The position numbers and the translations under genes are program-made. 64,000 bases of DNA from Chloroflexota bacterium (GTDB lineage Bacteria; Chloroflexota; UBA6077; FW602-bin22; DAOUAE01). The stretch is taken from positions 26,371-90,370 of the forward strand of contig DAOUAE010000002.1 in assembly GCA_034433795.1 (NCBI GenBank), given 5' to 3'. Numbering within the stretch: position 1 is the stretch's first letter; the number at the start of each line of letters is the position of its first letter. Positions 1-8,943 of the stretch are shown here, in pieces. The notes under the pieces were generated by a model that was given only the letters and a program-made list of their open reading frames with translations, did not search any database and was not told where the DNA came from.

Positions 1-1744
1 CCGCCTCCTGCTCACTGGGCAGGAGCTGGCTGATCGTCTGGCGGATCTGCGCGTGCTCCTGCGGGTCGTAGCCCAGAGCGGCCAGCGAAGCGCGGACCGC
101 TGCCAGGCGCGCCCGCTCGGCGGCGGCATAATCCCCGGCGGCCAGGCGCTCGGCGATCGCCTGAGCCTCGGCCGCGAGATCGGCGATCTGCTGCCGCTTG
201 GCGGCCGCCTGCTGGATCTGGGCCTCCAGCTGGGCCAGCCGCCGGCCCAGCTGCTCACGGCGCTCGCACTGCTCCTCCGCGCTTTTCACCCGCTCCTTCA
301 GCTGAGCTAACTGGGCGTCCAGGCTCTCGATCGTCTGCCGGGTCTTTTCGGTCTCGGCCTTGAGGGCCAGGCCCTGGTCCGTGAACTCCTGGATCAGCCG
401 TTCGCGGCCAGCCGGGTCCAGCGGCGAGCGGCAGACCGGACAGACCGGCTGCTCGGCCGGCTGGCGGAGGAGCCGCAGCCGTTCGCGCAGATTGGCCAGT
501 TCGCGCTCCTGCTGGTTGAGGAGCGTACGGTGCGCCCCCAGTCGCTGCTGGGTCTCCTCCAGTTCGTGGCGCAGGGCCTGAAGCAGGGTTGGCAGGCTCT
601 CCAGCCGGGCGATCTCGGTCCGGAGCCGCTCTGCCTCCTCGCGCCACTTCCCCTCGGAGGCGCACTCCCGCTGGAGGGCCGCGATCTGGGTCTGGATCTG
701 CTGCCGCTGGCCCTCCAGCCGGCTCCGCTCGGCCTGCATACTCTTCTCCAGGTCGGCCAGAGCCCGCTGCCGCTCCTCATACTGGGGACGGGCTCGCTCC
801 AGGGCCTGCTCGCGCGCGCGCAGGTCGGCCAGCTGCCGGAGGTCCGCCTCGATCGCGGGCCGCCGCTCCAGCCGCTGCCTGTACTCGGCGATCCGCCGCT
901 CCTCCTGGGCGACGGCCTCCTCGGCGGCGGCCAGGTCGCGCTGCAGCCGCTCCGCCTCCCGCCGCCGCCGCTCGCACTCCTGAACGATCACCTGGACCCG
1001 CTGCAGGTCCTCCAGCGCCGCCTGCCAGGCCTGCCTGGCCGCCTGCGTCTCGCCTCTGGCCGCCTCGAGGCGCTCGCGCCAGTGCTGCAGCTCCTGTTCG
1101 TACTCCGCCCGCCGGGCGATCTCTTTCTCAAGATCCTGGAGGCGGACCGCGATCCCGGCCAGCGTCTTCTCACACTCGCGGATCTTCTCGCGGGCCCGGG
1201 CCTCCAGGTCGGCGTACACCCCCAGGTTCAGCAGCTCGGCCAGAATCTCGATCCGCTCGGCCGGCCGCTTGAGGGTGAACTCGTCGGCCCGGCCCTGGAG
1301 AATGAAGGCCGAGTTGATGAACGTCTCGTAGTCGATCCGCAAAAGATTCCGGATCTTCGCCTCGGTCTCGGCGATGGAGTTGCCGGAGAGGGGGCGGAAG
1401 GCGTTGTGCTCCGGGCTGTAGATCTGGAGCTCGAGCGTCGTCTGCCCCCGTCGAGCCCCGCCACCCGACCGCAGCGACCGTCCCCGGATGACCCGGTAGT
1501 GCTCGTTGTCCAGCAGGAACTCGAACTCGACCAGCATCTCGCTGCTGCCGAGGCGCAGCAGCTCGTCGTCGCTGCGGGCCCGGGCCCGCCCCCAGAGGGC
1601 CCAGGTGATGGCGTCCAGCAGCGCCGATTTGCCGTGACCGTTCTCGCCGGCCAGACAGGCCACCTGCCAGCCGCTGAAATCGAGGTCGCCGCCCTCTTCG
1701 CCGTAGCTGAGGAAGTTGCGGAGGCGCAGGCGAACCGGAATCAT
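1..1744 (-). CDS. sbcC: SbcC/Rad50 SMC-family ATPase (3' end lies beyond the window; not in the ORF track)
   Basis: Manual translation from ATG at 1744: MIPVRLRLRNFLSYGEEGGDLDFSGWQVACLAGENGHGKSALLDAITWALWG (Walker A). Long coiled coil with a CPVC zinc hook near 431-442. ATGA overlap with the sbcD stop. Confidence 0.95.
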   Translation of the reverse strand, partial: MIPVRLRLRNFLSYGEEGGDLDFSGWQVACLAGENGHGKSALLDAITWALWGRARARSDDELLRLGSSEMLVEFEFLLDNEHYRVIRGRSLRSGGGARRGQTTLELQIYSPEHNAFRPLSGNSIAETEAKIRNLLRIDYETFINSAFILQGRADEFTLKRPAERIEILAELLNLGVYADLEARAREKIRECEKTLAGIAVRLQDLEKEIARRAEYEQELQHWRERLEAARGETQAARQAWQAALEDLQRVQVIVQECERRRREAERLQRDLAAAEEAVAQEERRIAEYRQRLERRPAIEADLRQLADLRAREQALERARPQYEERQRALADLEKSMQAERSRLEGQRQQIQTQIAALQRECASEGKWREEAERLRTEIARLESLPTLLQALRHELEETQQRLGAHRTLLNQQERELANLRERLRLLRQPAEQPVCPVCRSPLDPAGRERLIQEFTDQGLALKAETEKTRQTIESLDAQLAQLKERVKSAEEQCERREQLGRRLAQLEAQIQQAAAKRQQIADLAAEAQAIAERLAAGDYAAAERARLAAVRASLAALGYDPQEHAQIRQTISQLLPSEQEA

Positions 1745-2949
1745 CGCTCCTCCAGCAGCCGTTGGGCGTACTGCACCAGCGTCTCCAGCCGGTCGGGCGG
1801 AGTCTGCCGCTGCTCCAGGTAGCGGCGCAGGGCCTGAAGGGGCGAATCGCCGATCCCCGGGCCGCCGGGTCCGCGCCCGCCCTCGGGGCGCTCGATCCGC
1901 CGCTGGATCGTCGCCACCGTGTGGGCCGGGGCCAGCGCCCGGCGGATCGCCGTCATATCCAGCCGGGTCGCCGCCTCGGGGGTGGTCTCGATGAAGAGGC
2001 GAACGATGGCCTCGCCGATCTCCGCCCGGGCGATGGCCTGGAGGACCTCGGCGGTCGGATTCTCGCCCCGGGCCCGGACCGTGATCGTGCGGAACGGGCG
2101 GGCCGGCACCGCCACGAATTCGGAACGGGCCCGCCCGCGTTCGAGGTCGACCACCAGGAAGCCCTTCGGCTCGTCCTCCTCGCTGAAATCCACCCGCTGC
2201 AGGCTGCCGCTGTAGACGATGGCGGGCTCGGCGCCGAGAATCTGATATTTGTGGATATGGCCCAGGGCGATGTAGTCGAAGGCGGGCCGGCGCAGCACGC
2301 TGGGCAGGACCTCGTAGTCGCGGCCAAGGAGGAAACTGCGCTCCGAGCCGTAGTCGGCGCCGGTGACCGTGCAGTGCCCGACCAGGACCGTCGGGAGCGC
2401 CGGGTCAAGGGTGTCGACCAGCTGCCCCAGCGCCTGGTCGATGTGGGCGGCGATGCGCTGGTTCAGCTCGTCTGGCGGGAGGTCACGGGTCTCGTCCTGG
2501 GCCAGGACCGCGCTGCGGGTGATCCAGGGGAGGCCGACGATCTGCACCGGTCCCCGCCGGGTCTCCAGCCGGTAGAGGCCGATCCGCCGGCACACCACCA
2601 CGCCGGGGACCTGCAGCGTCTCGAAGATCTCGACCGAGCTGGCCCGGCCGGCCGCGGCCGGGAGATCGTGGTTGCCGACCAGGAGGAAAACGGGTATCCC
2701 CGCCTCGCTCAGACGGCGGATCCGGCGGGCAAACTCGCGCTGCTGGGTGGGAGTGGGGTCACGAGTTTTATAGGCGTCGCCGGCGAAGACGACCAGGTCG
2801 ACCCCCTCCCGCAGGGCGTGGTCGACCAGAAAGTCGAAGGCGCGGGTGAAATCGAGCAGCCGGGTCGAGAGCCCTGTCTGGGGATCGGTCCGGCCGTAGG
2901 TTTCGACGCCCAGATGGAGATCGGCGAAGTGCAGCAGCCTGATGCCCAC
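1741..2949 (-). CDS. sbcD: SbcD/Mre11 exonuclease subunit
   Basis: Metallophosphoesterase motifs ADLHLG, AGD, GNHD, LVGH and ALGHIH, plus YSGS. GAGGAG RBS before the GTG. Coupled to sbcC. Confidence 0.95.
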   Translation of the reverse strand: MGIRLLHFADLHLGVETYGRTDPQTGLSTRLLDFTRAFDFLVDHALREGVDLVVFAGDAYKTRDPTPTQQREFARRIRRLSEAGIPVFLLVGNHDLPAAAGRASSVEIFETLQVPGVVVCRRIGLYRLETRRGPVQIVGLPWITRSAVLAQDETRDLPPDELNQRIAAHIDQALGQLVDTLDPALPTVLVGHCTVTGADYGSERSFLLGRDYEVLPSVLRRPAFDYIALGHIHKYQILGAEPAIVYSGSLQRVDFSEEDEPKGFLVVDLERGRARSEFVAVPARPFRTITVRARGENPTAEVLQAIARAEIGEAIVRLFIETTPEAATRLDMTAIRRALAPAHTVATIQRRIERPEGGRGPGGPGIGDSPLQALRRYLEQRQTPPDRLETLVQYAQRLLEER

Positions 2950-3058
2950 CGGTCCTGCTCCTCGCCGGGGAAGTCTACCAGCAGAACCGACCGGGCGTCA
3001 AGGAGAAACGGCCGGGCGGAGAGGGCCAGGCTGGCCGGGCGCTCGGGGGCCGAAGAGG

Positions 3059-5911
3059 TCAGGCGACGGGGAAGGCTTCCGGCTGGCTCTCGACTCCGTT
3101 CAGCCCGGCCCGGCAGCAGAGGGCCACCAGACCCCGGCGCATCAGCCGGAGGCCTTCCGCCAGTTTCGCCAGGAGAGGCGAATCGGGCCAGTTGCGCCGG
3201 AGCATATCGCGCAGCTGGCGCATCAGGTCGAGCGTCTTGTTGAAGGTCAGGATGAGGTCGCCTTCGGGCAGGGCCGCCAGGTCCAGGAGGTCGGCGAAGC
3301 TGGCGCCCTGGCACCAGGCGTAGGCCAGCCCGTAGAAGGAGAAGGTCAGGCCCGGCGTGAGGTCCAGGCCGTGCTGCCGCTCGCAGCGCAGCACCTCGCG
3401 CTGGATGGCCATGATCTCGTCGCGCAGGGCGACCAGGGCCGGCGACAGGCTGGCCCGGTTGATAAACGTGCTGTCGCGGTCGTAGGCGAACCAGCTCAGG
3501 ACCTCGACCAGTTCGGCCGGCGCCAGCGCCTCCAGACTGCGCCGCTCGATCAGTTCGCAGAGGATGAGGCCGTTGGGATCGAAGAGGTCACAGAGCCAGC
3601 GCGCCTTGGCGGTCAGCCGGCCGTCCTGCAGGTAGCCCAGAGCCTGCAGAACCCGCTGGAGGCTCCGCAGCGTCTGCCGGATGTGGGTCCGCTTGGTCTC
3701 CTGCAGTTCGGCCAGCTCCTGCCGACGCTCGAACAGCCGCTGGCGCAGACGCTCGGCCCGGTGGACCAGCAGCTGGGCCTGCTGGCGGGCCCGGCTCGGG
3801 AAGCAGGGGTTGGCCCGGAGCGCGGCCTCGAGGTCGGCGATCCGGGCCTCGATCTGGGCCAGTCGCTCGCGCAGATTGGCCAGCCGGGGCTCCAGAGCCG
3901 CCCGGCGCTCGGCCTGGACCTCGGCCGCCCAGGCCGCCAGGTCGGGCAGGGCCAGAGCGGCGATGGCCTGCTGCAGGGCCGCCCACTCTTCGGCGGTGAG
4001 GAGCGTGCGCACATCGTCGACCGGCCCGCTCAGGCTCTGGAGGGCGGCCGGCAGGTCCACCCGTGGCACGGCCGGCGGCAGGTAGGCGATGGCCGTGTAG
4101 CGGTCCAGGGTCAGAACCCGCGTCCCCACCAGGACCAGAGCCACCTGGTCCAGCGAGGGCCGGCCCAGGTAGATTCCCCAGCCGTGGTCGGCCAGGTAGA
4201 CCGCCTCGCCGCCGCTGAAGCCGCGCAGGCGCTCGCGGATCTCGTGCTTCTCCGGCTGGGGCCAGACCGGTTCGGTCACCGTGGCCAGCAGCGCCTGCTC
4301 CTCCTGGCGCAGCCGCTGGGCCTCACGGCGGGCCTTCTCCAGCGCCCGCTCCTGGGCCCGGTAGGCCCGCAGCTGGGCCTCCCAGGTGGCGGTGTCGGCC
4401 GGCAGAGCGGCCAGTTCACTCTCCAGGGCGGCGATCTCGGCCTGGAGGGCCCGCAGCCGACCGTCGGTCTGGAACTCGCGGAAACTGTTGGTGAGGAGAT
4501 GGACCAGCCGCTCGCCCGTGGCCGGGCGCTCCAGATCCAGCAGCCGTCCGTCGGCCGGCCAGAGGTTCAGAACGGTGTTGTAGCGGAGGGTGAAGCCGCT
4601 CAGCACCGGCAGAATGGGGGCGGTGGCGATGGCCAGCGCCTCCTCCAGCGGCACCCACGGCGAGTAGGGGATGACCGCCACCCCGCGCTCATCCATTCCG
4701 CGCCGGCCAGCCCGGCCAGTCAGCTGCTGGTACTCGTTGGGCAGGAGCAGCCGGCGGCTCTCGCCGTCGAACTTGGTGATCTCGCCGATGACCACCGTCT
4801 TGGCCGGCATATTGATGCCGAGGGCCAGCGTGTCGGTGGCGAAGACCACGCCCAGCAGCCCGGCGTTGAAGAGCTCCTCCACCAGCACCTTGAGAACCGG
4901 CAGGAGTCCGGCGTGGTGGAAGGCCACCCCCAGCGGCAGGAGAGCGGCCAGGGTGGCCACCTGCCCCAGCGCCCGGTCCTCCGGCGGGAGCTGGGCCAGC
5001 CGCTCCTCGACGAGCGCCTGGATCTCCCGGCTCTGGGCCGGCGTGGTCAGCCGCAGCCGGGCGCAGCTTTCGGCCGCCAGTTCGGTATCGCGCCGGCTGA
5101 AGAGGAAGTAAATGGCCGGCAAAAGCTTCTGCCGCCGCAGCGCCCGCACAATCTCCACCGGGGTGGCCGGCGGAGCCCCGCCCCGCCGCCCATTCAGCCG
5201 CGAGGCCTGCCGGTCGAGCGCCCGGGCCACCTTGCCCAGTTTCAGCACCACCCGCCCCTGGGCGTCTACCGCCCGGTACAGCTGCCCGTCAAGGTAGACG
5301 AAGTGCTCCAGCGGCACCGCCCGCTCGTGGTGCGTGATCAGCCGGACCGGACGGTGCACCGTGCTGATCCAGGCGGCCAGCTCCTCGGCGTTGGCCACCG
5401 TAGCCGACAGACAGACGAGCTGCACGTGCGGCGGGCAGCAGAGGATGGCCTCCTCCCAGGTCGTCCCGCGCTCGGGGTCGGCCAGATAGTGAATCTCGTC
5501 GAAGACCACGCAGGCCACGTCGTCCAGGTCCTGCGGCCGCTGGAGGAGCATATTGCGCAGGACCTCGGTGGTCATGATGAGCAGCCGGCCCTCCGGGTTT
5601 TCGACGATATCGCCGGTGAGCAGGCCCACGAGGTCCCCGTACTGCCGGCGAAAGTCGCGGTACTTTTGATTGCTGAGGGCCTTGATCGGGGTGGTGTACA
5701 TCGCCCGCCGCCCCTGGGCCAGGGCACGCAAAACCCCGTACTCGGCCACCACGGTCTTGCCGGTGCCCGTCGGGGCGCTGACCAGCACCGAGTGGCCGGC
5801 CTCCAGAGCGTCCAGCGCCTCCCGCTGGAACGGGTCGAGCGCGAACGGATATTGAGCTTCGAAGTAGGCCCGGAGATCCGTGTCCGCTGGCCAGGGTCGC
5901 AGCGTCGTCAT
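3059..5911 (-). CDS. Ski2/HelY-like SF2 DEAD/DEAH-box helicase with C-terminal DSHCT-like domain
   Basis: APTGTGKT, PIKALSNQKY, DEIHY, LSAT, HHAG, ATDTLALGINMPA and QLTGRAGRRG motifs. Start moved to ATG 5911. Confidence 0.9.
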   Translation of the reverse strand: MTTLRPWPADTDLRAYFEAQYPFALDPFQREALDALEAGHSVLVSAPTGTGKTVVAEYGVLRALAQGRRAMYTTPIKALSNQKYRDFRRQYGDLVGLLTGDIVENPEGRLLIMTTEVLRNMLLQRPQDLDDVACVVFDEIHYLADPERGTTWEEAILCCPPHVQLVCLSATVANAEELAAWISTVHRPVRLITHHERAVPLEHFVYLDGQLYRAVDAQGRVVLKLGKVARALDRQASRLNGRRGGAPPATPVEIVRALRRQKLLPAIYFLFSRRDTELAAESCARLRLTTPAQSREIQALVEERLAQLPPEDRALGQVATLAALLPLGVAFHHAGLLPVLKVLVEELFNAGLLGVVFATDTLALGINMPAKTVVIGEITKFDGESRRLLLPNEYQQLTGRAGRRGMDERGVAVIPYSPWVPLEEALAIATAPILPVLSGFTLRYNTVLNLWPADGRLLDLERPATGERLVHLLTNSFREFQTDGRLRALQAEIAALESELAALPADTATWEAQLRAYRAQERALEKARREAQRLRQEEQALLATVTEPVWPQPEKHEIRERLRGFSGGEAVYLADHGWGIYLGRPSLDQVALVLVGTRVLTLDRYTAIAYLPPAVPRVDLPAALQSLSGPVDDVRTLLTAEEWAALQQAIAALALPDLAAWAAEVQAERRAALEPRLANLRERLAQIEARIADLEAALRANPCFPSRARQQAQLLVHRAERLRQRLFERRQELAELQETKRTHIRQTLRSLQRVLQALGYLQDGRLTAKARWLCDLFDPNGLILCELIERRSLEALAPAELVEVLSWFAYDRDSTFINRASLSPALVALRDEIMAIQREVLRCERQHGLDLTPGLTFSFYGLAYAWCQGASFADLLDLAALPEGDLILTFNKTLDLMRQLRDMLRRNWPDSPLLAKLAEGLRLMRRGLVALCCRAGLNGVESQPEAFPVA

Positions 5912-6052
5912 GTCTCTCACCACACACAGAAAAGCGACCGCCACTGCGACGGTCGCCCTCATCGGTCCGTCTTATGCCCTTCCTGAAAAAGAGTATACTC
6001 AATGTCGGGGCCGGATGGCAAGGTCCGGCCCACCACCCGTTGAGGGAGCGCG

Positions 6053-6247
6053 ATGCCCGAGCATCAGCACGAGCAGCCCCCAGCCCGCCCTACCGGTAAG
6101 GAGCGCCCCCGCTGTGAGATCTGCGGTCGGCCCGGCCACTTCTACCAGGAGCAGGATGTGGCCACCGGCAGCCTCCACATCCACGCCTTCTGCCACGAAC
6201 ACGGGGCCGGCCTGACGCCGGTGGCCCTGCCCGAGCACCTGGAGTGA
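6053..6247 (+). CDS. Small hypothetical protein, putative zinc finger (CxxC...HxHxxCxxH)
   Basis: 64 aa ORF with GGGAG RBS, divergent from the helicase. Contains CEIC and HIHAFCHEH. Confidence 0.6.
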   Translation: MPEHQHEQPPARPTGKERPRCEICGRPGHFYQEQDVATGSLHIHAFCHEHGAGLTPVALPEHLE

Positions 6248-6250
6248 TGG

Positions 6251-6280
6251 TTGACGCCCGTCTGGCTGGCGGCGTATGAT
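6251..6280 (+). promoter_or_regulatory. Sigma70-type promoter of the selenoprotein gene
   Basis: TTGACG-N18-TATGAT, ending 11 nt before ATG 6292, which implies a very short leader. Confidence 0.5.
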
Positions 6281-6291
6281 CCTCTCTGGAG

Positions 6292-6759
6292 ATGTGGACG
6301 CTGCTCAACCGCCACTCGCTCCTCCTGCTCGCGGCCGTTCTGGGCGCTCTGACGGGCGGCCTGGTCGGCCGCCCGCCCTGGCGGGGACGCCTGATCGGGG
6401 CGGTCCTGGCGCCAGGAGCGCTCCTGGGCCTCAGCCTCTGGCGACGGAGGCTGGAGCCGGCCGGTCTGGCCGGGCTGGCCGCTGGCCGGCCGGTGCTCCT
6501 CTTCTTCGCCGCCGACCTCTGAGCCGGCTGCCTGGTGGTGAAGCCTGTCGTTGACAGGCTACAGCGACGCTGGGCGGGGCGGCTGACGGTGGTCCGTGTG
6601 GAGGTCCAGACGCCGGCCGGCCGCCGCCTCAGCCGGGAGTGGCGGGTCGAGCAGGTGCCGACCTTCGTCCTGCTGGACGCCACCGGCCGCGAGCGCTGGC
6701 GACGGACCGGCTGGCCGCCGGATGACCGGCTGCTGGCCGACTGGCTCGCCCGCGGGTGA
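6292..6759 (+). CDS. Membrane-anchored thioredoxin-fold selenoprotein (UxxC; in-frame UGA at 6520-6522 read as Sec)
   Basis: ORFs 6292-6522 and 6535-6759 are in the same frame and join as ...LLFFAADL-U-AGC-LVVKPVVDRLQRRWAGRLTVVRV...EQVPTFVLLDATGRERWR. This is a thioredoxin fold with a cis-Pro (VPTF) motif and a SECIS-like hairpin downstream of the UGA. Confidence 0.8.
6542..6560 (+). promoter_or_regulatory. Candidate bacterial SECIS hairpin
   Basis: Perfect 8-bp stem AGCCTGTC/GACAGGCT with a GTT loop, starting 19 nt after the UGA. A possible lower stem pairs GCTG (6527-6530) with CAGC (6562-6565). Confidence 0.7.
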
Positions 6760-6785
6760 GGAGCGGAGGAGAGCGTGGTGAGAAC

Positions 6786-7529
6786 ATGACCTGGACCTTT
6801 GTCCGTGGGACAGCCGATCAGCCGAAAGGGCACGCTCTGCTCTTCTTCCAGGGCGAGCCCTCGGGCCAGGTCCTGGCCACCTACCTGGTGGTCCTGCCCA
6901 TCCGGCTGGATCTGAGCAAATATATCCCGCCGCTGCTGGCCGGCCGGCTGCCGACGGTGGCCAGCCTCTCGGTCGTGCCGTTCCCGCCGGTGCCGGAGCC
7001 GGTCGAGAGCCGCTCCTGGCTGGAGCGGCTGGCGGCCCGGCGCGCGGACGATCTGCTCGATGGCGGGACGGTCAGCGAGACGCCCGAGACGCTGATGCTG
7101 CGGGTGGCCGAGATCGCCCAGGAGTACGCCCGGCTCTACGACGAGCATCTGCAGCGGCCGCCGGCGGAGCCCGAATCGGAGCCGGCGGTGCCCGTCCCGG
7201 CGGTCCTCTACCGTCTGCTGAGCGAGCAGGAGCGCCTGGCCGAGCTGGCCAAACTGGTGGGCAAACTGCGCTACGCCCTCGACTGCGGCGACCGGGCGCT
7301 GGAGCAGGAGGCGCTCCTGGAGATGCACCACCTGGTCCAGGCCCTGCCGGCCAAGTATCGGCCTGAGGAGATCCTCACCGCGGTCCGGCAGCCCGGCCCG
7401 CAGGGGCAGCGGCTGGCCGAGCTCTACATCGACCGCTGCTACCGCCTCTACCACGAGGACTACCAGGCGGTCCAGGCGATCGACCGCGAGATCGCCCGGC
7501 TACGCGGCGAGCGCCCGCCCGACGGCTAA
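6786..7529 (+). CDS. Hypothetical protein, helical C-terminus
   Basis: ORF from ATG 6786 (MTWTFVRGTADQPKGHALLFF...) with typical codon usage. No family motif recognised. Confidence 0.7.
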   Translation: MTWTFVRGTADQPKGHALLFFQGEPSGQVLATYLVVLPIRLDLSKYIPPLLAGRLPTVASLSVVPFPPVPEPVESRSWLERLAARRADDLLDGGTVSETPETLMLRVAEIAQEYARLYDEHLQRPPAEPESEPAVPVPAVLYRLLSEQERLAELAKLVGKLRYALDCGDRALEQEALLEMHHLVQALPAKYRPEEILTAVRQPGPQGQRLAELYIDRCYRLYHEDYQAVQAIDREIARLRGERPPDG

Positions 7530-8878
7530 TCCTCGACGGCCACCGCCGCCACCCCGGCCGGCGGGATGTACCGGACCAGGGCGACGCGCAATCCGTCGAC
7601 CGCCTCGACCCGCAGCCGGCCGCCATTGGCCGGCACCTCGTCGCCGACCTCGGGCTTGCGACCCAGCTGGCCGAAGACGTAGCCGCCGACCGTGTCGTAC
7701 TCCTCCTCCGGCAGGTGGAGTTTGAGACGCTCGTTGACCTCGCCGATGAGGACCAGCCCGTTGATGAGAACGGTGCCGTCCGGCTGGGGCTGAATGTCGA
7801 TCTGCGGCGGCTCGAACTCGTCCTGGACCGTGCCCACCAGCCGCTCCAGCAGGTCCTCCAGGGTCACCAGGCCGGCCGTCCCGCCGAATTCGTCGACCAC
7901 GATGGCGATATGGGTCTTGCGCCGGCGCATCTCGTTCAGCAGCTGGGTGGTGGTCACCGTCTCGGGGACGACCAGCGCCGGGCGCATCAGCGGCCGCAGG
8001 TCGAAGGGCTCATCCCGCGGCAGGCGCTCGGCCAGGACCCGCAAAAGATCGCGGATGTGCAGGATCCCGACGATGTTGTCAATGGTGTTCTCGTAGACCG
8101 GGAAGCGGGTGTGCGGCGACCGGGTGACCAGATCGAGCAGCTCCCCCAGCCGGATGCCGATGGGAATGGCCACCATCTCGGTCCGGGGCACCATCACCTC
8201 GCGGGCGGTCAACTCGCCGAAGTCGAAGGCCCGCTCGACGATCTCCTCCTCGGCCTCCTCAAGCACGCCCGCCTCGCGGCTGGCCGTCACCAGCATCTTC
8301 AACTCCTCGACCGAGTGGACGAGATAGTGCCCGACCGGAGGACGGAGCCCCAGCAGCCGCAGAAGCAGCCGGGTGGCGCCGCTGATCAGCCAGATGAACG
8401 GCCAGAAGAGCCGGCCGAAGAGGAGCGTCAGCGGCGCGGTCGCCAGCGCGACCTGCTCGGCGTACTGGATGGCCATGACCTTGGGCACCTGCTCGGCCAG
8501 GATAACATGGAGCGCGGTGATGATGGCGAAGGCGATGGTCACCGCCACCGAGTGGGCCGAGATGGCCGCCCAGGGGGCCGGGAGAAAGGCGAAGAGCGAC
8601 TCCAGAAGAGCGGCCAGCGTCGGCTCGCCCACCCACCCGAGGGCCAGGCTGGCCATGGTGATGCCCAGCTGGGCGGCGGCGATGAAACTGTCCGGATCGA
8701 GCACGCCGCGCTGGACCGAGCGGGCCAGCGGCACGCCCTCCTCGACCATCTGCTCGACCTGGGTGCGGCGGATGGTGACGATGGCGAATTCGGCCGCGAC
8801 GAAGAAGGCGTTGACGAAAAGAATGGCGAAGACGACGCCGAGGCGAAAGGCGGCGTCGACTAGCCAGGCGTCGCTCAA
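7526..8878 (-). CDS. Hemolysin/CNNM-family protein (DUF21 + CBS pair + CorC/HlyC)
   Basis: NAFFVAAEFA, QLGITMASLALGWVGEP, EQVPK, VMVPRTEM, HTRFPV, VDEFGGTAGLVTLEDLLE and YDTVGGY motifs. Confidence 0.93.
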   Translation of the reverse strand: MSDAWLVDAAFRLGVVFAILFVNAFFVAAEFAIVTIRRTQVEQMVEEGVPLARSVQRGVLDPDSFIAAAQLGITMASLALGWVGEPTLAALLESLFAFLPAPWAAISAHSVAVTIAFAIITALHVILAEQVPKVMAIQYAEQVALATAPLTLLFGRLFWPFIWLISGATRLLLRLLGLRPPVGHYLVHSVEELKMLVTASREAGVLEEAEEEIVERAFDFGELTAREVMVPRTEMVAIPIGIRLGELLDLVTRSPHTRFPVYENTIDNIVGILHIRDLLRVLAERLPRDEPFDLRPLMRPALVVPETVTTTQLLNEMRRRKTHIAIVVDEFGGTAGLVTLEDLLERLVGTVQDEFEPPQIDIQPQPDGTVLINGLVLIGEVNERLKLHLPEEEYDTVGGYVFGQLGRKPEVGDEVPANGGRLRVEAVDGLRVALVRYIPPAGVAAVAVED

Positions 8879-8901
8879 CGTGCGCTATCCCTGCCCTTAA
8901 G

Positions 8902-8936
8902 AAAACGGCGGGTGGAAGGCTCCGCACCACCCGCCG
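8902..8936 (-). terminator. Intrinsic terminator downstream of htpX
   Basis: 10-bp stem CGGCGGGTGG/CCACCCGCCG followed by TTTT on the minus strand. Confidence 0.6.
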
Positions 8937-8943
8937 CCGGCCT

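Noticed and set aside
2942-5986. 1014-aa plus-strand ORF
   Set aside because: Antisense shadow of the helicase. Strong GC3 bias leaves the opposite strand free of stops, and it has no motifs.
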